NCBI GenBank assembly: GCA_963733675.1
Contig: CAVTET010000015.1
Span: forward strand, 1 to 64,000
Reading direction: 5' to 3'
DNA: 64,000 nucleotides
Source: an uncultured Methanosarcinaceae archaeon
Lineage (GTDB): Archaea > Halobacteriota > Methanosarcinia > Methanosarcinales > Methanosarcinaceae
Shown one piece after another: positions 56,303 to 64,000 of the stretch; positions within the stretch are counted from its first letter, which is position 1, and each line of letters opens with the position of its first letter. Made by a program: the position numbers and the translations under genes. Below the pieces are notes generated by a model. The model worked only from the letters and a program-made list of their open reading frames with translations, was not told where the DNA came from and did no database searches.

Positions 56303-57434
56303 AATATTAACGTCCTTCACATACGAAATACTATTTTATATTTTGTATTAAATATATATATAGCTATATATATTTGTTATACACAGTTCTTCAGCTTTAG
56401 CATTTAATGTATTATCGTGCACAAGATCGCGGTAGAGGATATCTTCGGTGCCTAGATGTTGAATGTTGAATAAATTGTTAATTCGCATCCAGTAATAGTA
56501 ATTCTCACATCCAAAAGTGAAAAGGTCATAATCCCCGATGATCTTACCAGCAAGGCCCCAGTACATAAAACAGGAACCTATAAAATTATCATTTTTCTCA
56601 TTTAGTTTCTCTATAAGGTTCTGTTGCAAAAATTAACTATTATTGAAATCAAAGTTCATTATGAATTGGAGAGGAAAATACTGTTGATGCTGCACATACC
56701 AACAATATCTAAATTATTTAAGGAAGGTATTATTTTTATTTTCACTTGAACATAATTTATAATGTAATGCATGTGCAACAATGAAGTAGTGAAAGGTTTC
56801 TACTGTTCAGAGTAATTGAAATGGTTTCCTATTCTCTGATGAAGTATGAGTGCTTTTTAGCAATCTCCTATATGATGACAGAGTACTACGAGTTCGTTTA
56901 AGATTATTGCAACAGATGGGTTTTGCGGCTTCAGAACATGTTCGCAAATATCAAGTGCTCTTTATAAAGCTCTTGTTTCCTATTATCCTAACTAAGCGTC
57001 GATTCAATCTGATAGTAGCATCTCGATATCCTGGATAAAGTTATTTTACTAAAATAGATTTATTTTTCTTAAATTCAAACAAAAAAATCACTTATAATTT
57101 CAGCCGAAATTGGTAAAATGCATAGATTTAGACCCAAAAAAAACTATGCATAGAATTATTCAGTATGTACTAAGTATAAAAACAGTAGAAGTAAACAGAA
57201 AATAAAGAAATTATGCTGAAAGAAAAATTAGATCAATGATTGCTTCTCAAGTTAAAAGCCAGAAAAATTATTCAATTGCTGTAAAACAAGTATTTTTGGC
57301 TTAATAATTCTTAAGATTGTTAATTTTATATATAGATTTGTATATTAATAAATTGTCACAAATCAAGCACGAAAATTAGAAAAAGCAATTATACTTTAGA
57401 ACATTTTTGAGATATGACTTTCGACACTTTCATA

Positions 57435-58298
57435 TTAGATATTATAAATACTAAACGCTAATGTTTGGCTAATTGAGTTGGATAATATTTTTTTTATTTG
57501 CATATCGAATGAGTAGAGCATCGATGCGAATAACATTAATATAATGACAAAGCAAAACGGGTTATACACCCAATATTTGATCAGGGGCACATGTATTAGG
57601 TATGCATAGAAGCTTAAATTACTCAACCATCTGATCAATGCTGACTGATTTACTATATGGGGATAAAAATCTATTTTAATAATGTATATGCCCAATCCAA
57701 ATTCGAAGACACGACACAGCGGAAACCATTCAGCAGGTCTATCCATGCCAAAATTATTGAATTCATTAAAAATAATCCGTGAAAACAAACTTATGAAAAA
57801 TAAACTTATTATCGTTAAATGTGGCTTTTTTTTGAATAGATAATCCAATATTGGGTATATTAGATAAAGGCATATTATGAGGCCAATAAACCAGAAAGCA
57901 TAATTTAGAGGGCCATTAAAATCGGCTAAATATGCCTGAAAACCAGTAATTAGCTCAATACAATTCCTAAAATTAAATTGCAGAAGTGTACTGGAAAAGA
58001 CTATACAAAGAATTATTGCCGTCCAATATGCAGGATATATACGCAAAAATCTTTTTATATAAAATTTCAGAATGTCACCTATATTATTTATTTTAGTGTT
58101 TTGGGCAAGGCTTGCACCACTCGCGAATAAAAAAAGAGCCACGCCTAAAATTCCCATATCAAGAAAGATCACTTTTGGGATAATAATATAAAAAAGGAAA
58201 TTTTTCCACTGATATGTCGCTACGACGTGTTCCCAAACAACAAGAATGATGCCAATGAGTTTGAGCAGGTCGATAAATAACAATCTTTCTTTTGCCAA
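57435..58298 (-). CDS. Acyltransferase family 3 (O-acetyltransferase-like) membrane protein
   Basis: IDLLK..GIILVV..H, GVALFLFASG, KRFLRIYPAYW, WFIG and SFYAYLIH. Confidence 0.85.
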   Translation of the reverse strand: MAKERLLFIDLLKLIGIILVVWEHVVATYQWKNFLFYIIIPKVIFLDMGILGVALFLFASGASLAQNTKINNIGDILKFYIKRFLRIYPAYWTAIILCIVFSSTLLQFNFRNCIELITGFQAYLADFNGPLNYAFWFIGLIICLYLIYPILDYLFKKKPHLTIISLFFISLFSRIIFNEFNNFGMDRPAEWFPLCRVFEFGLGIYIIKIDFYPHIVNQSALIRWLSNLSFYAYLIHVPLIKYWVYNPFCFVIILMLFASMLYSFDMQIKKILSNSISQTLAFSIYNI

Positions 58299-59469
58299 AC
58301 ATTTCCACTCATATAATTTTTAATTATTTATATTGATAGTCTAGACATAATTTTGATAATTTATATACTGAATTAAAATATTGCATATATGATATATTAA
58401 GTTCCATTAATATTATTCAGGTTCATGCCGAAAGATCTTTGATCACATATGTTAAATTAGTTGTAAAGCGACTTAACTGTTGAAATAAATGACATAATTA
58501 AATCAAGTACAATTATACAAAAATTTTATTGTGTGAATGATTTTGCACTTCAAGCCAATTATTTTTTCAACTATTATTTTTATTATATGTGGTAATTCCC
58601 CTTAGCAACTTCTGAGCACGTTCGAGTGAAAATATTATGCGCCTATGTGGGCTAAGGGATATTGAATAAGGAGATTATTACAAAAAATTATTATTTTGAT
58701 ACGCTTTTCTACTTCATATCTAGTTTATTAGTGGATTATCCAAAATATATTAAAGCTGTGGAATGATTGCGCTTACAGCCTAAACTAGTCCTTTTCAAAG
58801 TAACATATCTAAGGAACCAATTACTAAAATTTTTTTATAAATACATTCAGAAATATATTTGATAATCAAACAATTTTAGCGTGATGAATGCTTTCAATTT
58901 GTTAGGCTATTATAATAGTAGATTTATTTAGTAATTAGTTGACTAGTTTTCACTAATTACAGACGTTTTATTTGAATTAATAGATTTATTCGGTATTATT
59001 TAGCAATTTTAATGAAAAAAGCTAATTAATTTTGGGATTTATGTATCAATTTATAGTGAAAATTGGTATTTATTTGAGAATTAATTTTGACGAAAATGGG
59101 TAATTTGGTACTGTTTTAGAGAATCAAAAAAAATTTGAACTTTAAGTCCAAAAAACCAGTTTAACAGCAAGAATTATAGCTTGATTGTAGCATGTAAAGG
59201 TGAATTTTTATTGCGCAAGTGACTGAGAATGGGTTTACCCACCGTTAAATTATCTAATGATTGAAATATTTGTTTTGAGTTAACCGTTTGATGGCCTACA
59301 TTCTTATGGATTGGGTTGATAGGGTTATTACTTTTTTCATCTAACAATCTCAAGGCGGATGAATTATAATTGCTTGGAACAAACTATCGATATCATCGAT
59401 AAATTTTTAAGTTAATAAATATAAAATAGTATAGAATGTATCGGAATTATGTAAATAATAACCTCATGG

Positions 59470-60336
59470 ATGCGATCAAGGGTGACTAAGGAAAAATTGC
59501 TCGCATTCGACTTGCTCAGGATCATAAGTATCATTCTTATTGTCTTCAGTCACGTTGCATTTCGTAAAAACTGGATTCCGTGGAATCAGTTCCCAGTACT
59601 CTTCAATATTTTTGAATTAAACGTCGGGAAGATTGGAGTTTATATTTTTTTGTTCATAAGTGGCGCTATGCTTCAATACAATTATAACAAGATAAAGGAT
59701 ATCAGCGATCTGAAATTATTTTATATGAAGCGTCTTATGAGAATCTACCCAGCTATTTGGATAACGATAATTTTCGTATTAATATTTCACCCTGAATTAT
59801 TTAATGAGCCAATTAATTTATTCTGGGGCTTTACAGGGTTCACAGCATTCGTTGGTCAGTGGAGTGGTATAGTCCCAGGCTCTTCCAACTGGTTTGTTGG
59901 TTTAATCGTCATACTTTACTTGTTATTTCCATTATTGTCACATTTAATTCAAAAGCTTCCTCACGTGTGGATTATAGTTTTCGCTCTAATTTCCTTTAGT
60001 TTATGCTTTTATTTTCATACCCATAACCTAGAGATGCTAGGGGTGGGCACATGCGGATGGTTCCCCTTTGCACACCTTTTCGAGTTCGCTCTTGGCATTT
60101 ACGTCGTCCAGCTTAAACTTTACCCAAAAATCAAGCATAAATCAGACATTATTACGTTTTTAAGCGAACTTACCTTTCCCATATTTCTTATACATGGACT
60201 ATTGCTTCCGCTTTCGGTGTCTAATATTCCAATGTTTGCATTTGGTTCATTATTCCTTGCTACAATGATTTACCTAATGGACAGACAGATCCAAAAAATA
60301 TTAAAATGGAATTTTAAAATTCAGTTGTCTATTTAA
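59470..60336 (+). CDS. Acyltransferase family 3 membrane protein (paralog)
   Basis: FDLLRIISIILIVFSH, GVYIFLFISG, KRLMRIYPAIW, WFVG and TFPIFLIH. Confidence 0.85.
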   Translation: MRSRVTKEKLLAFDLLRIISIILIVFSHVAFRKNWIPWNQFPVLFNIFELNVGKIGVYIFLFISGAMLQYNYNKIKDISDLKLFYMKRLMRIYPAIWITIIFVLIFHPELFNEPINLFWGFTGFTAFVGQWSGIVPGSSNWFVGLIVILYLLFPLLSHLIQKLPHVWIIVFALISFSLCFYFHTHNLEMLGVGTCGWFPFAHLFEFALGIYVVQLKLYPKIKHKSDIITFLSELTFPIFLIHGLLLPLSVSNIPMFAFGSLFLATMIYLMDRQIQKILKWNFKIQLSI

Positions 60337-60429
60337 TTCCCATTACTAAAATTTTTAATATCAAAAAGAATAGAGAAGGTAATATCTGAACTAACTTTGC
60401 ATTAACTTGAGACATCAACTAAATGGATT

Positions 60430-61209
60430 TATGCAGTTGTAGATTGCCGTGATATGCTTATCTAGCAGGTTGTCGAAATATTTATGGATGGTTAACTAGT
60501 AGTGATCGTTGCAAATGAGTATCGAATTGACGCATTCTGATACATGCAAATAGGACTTTTCTTGGTTACCATCGCCCAGAATCTCCAGTTGGGTATGATT
60601 TCCTCTCAGCTTTCTGATAAAATCAACAATAATCCCATGAGTGCTAAGAGGGCCGACAATGTTTGCAAAACGAAAAATCCATGCTTGCATATCAAAGGTG
60701 TGAGAGTATGAGGTAATAAGAGCTTCATAAGCAAGTTTGGAAGCGCCGTACAGTGGGAATAAGGGCGCTGTAATCCTCTGGAATGGGCATTATCTGTGCC
60801 TCTCCATAAATTGTAGAGGTGGAAGTAAATACAACCTTTTTAACGTTGTTTCTCCTCATAGCTTCCAGAAGATTGTAGGTTGCCAAAATGTTCTGATCGA
60901 AATGTATTTTAGTAACTGAAGCCCCAAGTCTTACATCTGGATTCGCAGCTACATGACAAACTAGTTCAATGTCTCTGCAGGCTCTTTCTATCATTTCATT
61001 GTCAAGAATGTCTCCTTTTATAATGTGAAATCAGTTTTTTCAAGATGTTTCTCTATAAATCCAATTTTTCCTGAACTCAGATTATCAAAAATAATAATTC
61101 TGTTATCTTCTATAAGATGATCCACCAGGTGGCTTCCTATAAAACCGGCTCCTCCTGTCACAAGTATGTTATTTTTTGTAGCATTGGAAATATCTAGATA
61201 ATGGTCCAT
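60430..61209 (-). pseudogene. NAD-dependent epimerase/dehydratase, frameshifted and truncated
   Basis: [37 protein letters not shown] and RFANIVGP in three frames. Confidence 0.88.
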
Positions 61210-61368
61210 TTCTCATTGATCAATTTTGCACCTTTTTCAGGTCCTAAAAAATTTATTGCTTCAACTTTCTGTGTTTGACTAGTAAATGTTCGAAAAATTA
61301 GGATACTACAAATAACACATACTTAAAATTCTAATTGTGACAGTTAAATAAAAATTTATGTTATTAGT

Positions 61369-61712
61369 CTTGTCTTATCGACCAAAATGCAAACAAAACT
61401 TAGAATATATGAAATCACTCCTAACGACAATATATGATTTCATATAGGGATTATTTTACTATTGAAAATCTATATAAGCAGCTCCATCTGTCCTTCATTT
61501 TAGGTCAGCACAAAACTAGAGGAATCGACTTTAATTCCCTAATCAAAGCTTTACTAAGCTATAAGCTTACAGAGAATTTCAGTATATATCACCTCCATAA
61601 ATGGATCAGCCAGAATGAAGTCCTAGAATTTTCCGGTCTTGAGAAATCTAATGAAAGGCTTCGATATAGAACCCCCCAAATTTTTGGGAGCAAAAAAGAA
61701 TAAATGATTTTT
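61369..61712 (+). mobile_element. IS1634-family transposase 5' relic
   Basis: End motif ttgtcttatcga, MQTKLRIYEITPNDNI and HKTRGIDFNSLIKALLSYKLTENFS; stops at the repeat at 61717. Confidence 0.65.
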
Positions 61713-61716
61713 GAGC

Positions 61717-61808
61717 TTTGTAGAAAACCTATATAAGTCAGCTTCAAGAGACTGAAGATAAATAAGTAAAAAGATCTCAGGCCATTAAGTTCAAATTAAT
61801 GGGAATTC
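61717..61808. repeat. Dispersed repeat shared with 53433-53525
   Basis: Same exact 20-mer and downstream blocks as the partner copy. Confidence 0.65.
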
Positions 61809-62849
61809 TTTAATTTTAGTAATCCAGCTTCTACGGGAACAATACCGTCTGAGGAGGTCTGACTAGCTGTTGACGACTCTACTAATTGCACTACCTAACA
61901 AACCCGCTGAACTTTATGCTGTGTCATATGTAATGTTGATTTGAACTAATATCAAGTTTTCATTAGTTTTTAGCTGATATATGTACAATGTATATGCCAG
62001 ATACGCTAGCGATATATACAATATTGATATCGGCATGCATCTTTACAATATTTTAAATTATACTTACTGCTCTGACTTTTCTCGATAAAATCGGATTATC
62101 GAATGTTGAATTGCCATATAGTCCCAATCACACTGATATTAGCCCAACGTGCGAATATAGTGTGCTGAACCAACGTAGATAGACGTAGTAGACGGTTCCC
62201 CACATTGGTTTTCATGATATTTATATTCTCATATAAATTTAAGTTGCGTCTTGGTTTGCTTAAGGTTCCCATTTTCCTTTTCTGGGAGAGAATACATCAT
62301 TAGTCACAAATTAATATACTTCATATGATGAAAGTGTTAAACAGGATTACATATAAATGATTAGTTTTCCGATGAAAAACTTCGGTATCAAATTAAAGTT
62401 TTTCATACTTCATACATATGGCAACGATTCATGAGGGTTTGTGATGAAAAGGAAAAAATTAAATATGTTATTTTTTAGTATAAATTTGGAGGAGTTTAGA
62501 CTTTTATGACGCTCTCTATAATGGATGTATATGAAAGTCAAGCATCTTATCCACATGTAAACTGAGACGGATTTAAAGAGGAATTGTTTGAATAAGAAAT
62601 ACGGAGTTGGATCCAAAAAAGATTAAGAATAGAAGGAAATAACTACTTAACCGATGTTCGGTATCTAACTTTTTAGATAAATATTCAACCTACCAAAAAC
62701 AGTTCATTTATATTGATTTTGACGTAATGAATATGCTTAATCACTAACTGATGACAAAAAACATAACCACTAACTGCCAGTTAAATGAAATAAACTCACT
62801 GAAATTTGCCAATTAAATCTTAGTAAAAACAATTGTTTATATTGTTTGG

Positions 62850-64000
62850 CTAAGTTTGAATAGTTACTTTTTTAGAATATTTAAAGCAATTTTGACCTAA
62901 TATTTTACTTTCTCTTTCGTTGTTTGCAAGAAATTCCAAACACGCTTCAGCTTCCAATGCACCACAATAATATAGGCCACAGTTTCCTTTTGTGCAGATA
63001 CTTTTCAAAATATCATTCATTTCTGGAACTAGAATAGGAAACTTATTATTAAAAGCTATATTTAGCTCATCTTCACCTATCTTTGGATCAACTACCCATA
63101 AAATTTTGACTCTTTTTAACTGATCATCTTGGAGCCATTCGGCCATTATAAAGCGGGAATTTAGTTCTGGATTTTTATTTAAAAAATAAGCCATCGCCTG
63201 AGTACATCTAGAATCAAAATTTTTGCCGACACATGCGATTACCATTTCTTCATCGCGCTGGAGTTCAAATTCAGAATTTTTTAAGTTGTAAATATCAACT
63301 ATTTTTTTAACTTGATTCCCTAATGTATTATTTGCAATTTTATTATGTGCAAACTCTCCAAAAATTGTTATTTTCTCCGGATGTAACACAAAATCTGACA
63401 TTTTTTGGGCAAGGTCTTTCGGATTTCCCGGTTCAAAAAGCGATCCTGTTTTTCCATCTTCGATGAGTTCTGGGATTCCACCTGAATTTGAACCAATAAC
63501 CGGAATTTTTGATGCCATTGCTTCTGTTATTGTTACAGGCTGGTTTTCAGGCCAAATAGATGGAAGAATGAGGACATCTGTATTACGATAAGCATTACCA
63601 ATATCATCAATTCTACCCCAAAAGGAAACGATATTGTTAAGTCTCATATTTTTAACTTTAGTCTTAAGATTCTCCATCAATTCTCCTTTGCCTATAAGAT
63701 TAACAGAAACGCAATTCAGATTTTTAAGGTATGCCAATGCCTCAATTAGCACATCGATACCTTTATGTTTGCCAAAATATCCGATGAAAGTAAATCTAAT
63801 TCTTTTGTCATCAGGAACGGTTGAAAAATTCGAAAATTTTTGGACATCAACCCCATTCCATATAACATGCATTTTATCTTCAGGTATACCAGCCAAATAA
63901 TAATTATTTGCAAGGTATTGACTTGGAGATATAAACTCATCTACATCTCTAAAAATGAATTTAAAAAAATCTTGCCTGATTCTCATGGGAATATTTCTGT
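62850..64000 (-). CDS. Glycosyltransferase family 4 (5' end beyond the window)
   Basis: VIWNGVD, HKGID, LPSIWPENQPVTITEAMAS and GGIPELI; the frame is open to the window edge. Confidence 0.85.
   Translation of the reverse strand, partial: RNIPMRIRQDFFKFIFRDVDEFISPSQYLANNYYLAGIPEDKMHVIWNGVDVQKFSNFSTVPDDKRIRFTFIGYFGKHKGIDVLIEALAYLKNLNCVSVNLIGKGELMENLKTKVKNMRLNNIVSFWGRIDDIGNAYRNTDVLILPSIWPENQPVTITEAMASKIPVIGSNSGGIPELIEDGKTGSLFEPGNPKDLAQKMSDFVLHPEKITIFGEFAHNKIANNTLGNQVKKIVDIYNLKNSEFELQRDEEMVIACVGKNFDSRCTQAMAYFLNKNPELNSRFIMAEWLQDDQLKRVKILWVVDPKIGEDELNIAFNNKFPILVPEMNDILKSICTKGNCGLYYCGALEAEACLEFLANNERESKILGQNCFKYSKKVTIQT

Noticed and set aside
58598-58660. Inverted repeat cccttagc...gctaaggg as a structured RNA (similar weak hairpin at 16410-16495)
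   Set aside because: An 8-bp stem with a long loop and no other support is within chance expectation or an IS scar
1-64000. CRISPR array, rRNA or tRNA genes
   Set aside because: No regularly spaced direct repeats or recognisable structured-RNA motifs were seen; the repeats found are dispersed inverted-repeat elements
1-64000. All frameshifts being sequencing errors
   Set aside because: Long core ORFs are error-free, while accessory genes also carry nonsense codons, substitutions and large deletions; single-indel cases (pfkB, lpdA, rhodanese) could still be errors

Overview
Archaeal DNA, most likely from a Methanosarcina-type methanogen (cofD, rps8e, Lrp plus aminotransferase, archaeal purL, Methanosarcina-style IS5/IS200/IS1634 relics). 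The genome looks heavily eroded. Core genes are intact (ppsA, purL, cofD, HD hydrolase, ubiX, NDP-sugar synthase, purH, lysA, rps8e, Lrp, aminotransferase, cbiQO). About 20 accessory genes are frameshifted, truncated or reduced to fragments (USP, DUF488, pfkB, GH15, lpdA, mgtE, cbiM, thi4, nfeD, wzm/wzt, glycosyltransferases, epimerase). The main anomaly is an intact, GC-rich, translationally coupled bacterial biotin cluster (bioB remnant-bioF-bioD-bioA, alphaproteobacterial gene order) inserted next to a dead thi4 gene. Other highlights: two near-identical intact IS6 elements (one with an 8-bp target duplication), a family of about 89-bp MITEs sharing inverted repeats with IS5 relics, and an unlisted 37-aa C2H2 zinc-finger ORF. 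No rRNA, tRNA or CRISPR array was seen. All family assignments come from motif recognition by eye, not database searches.
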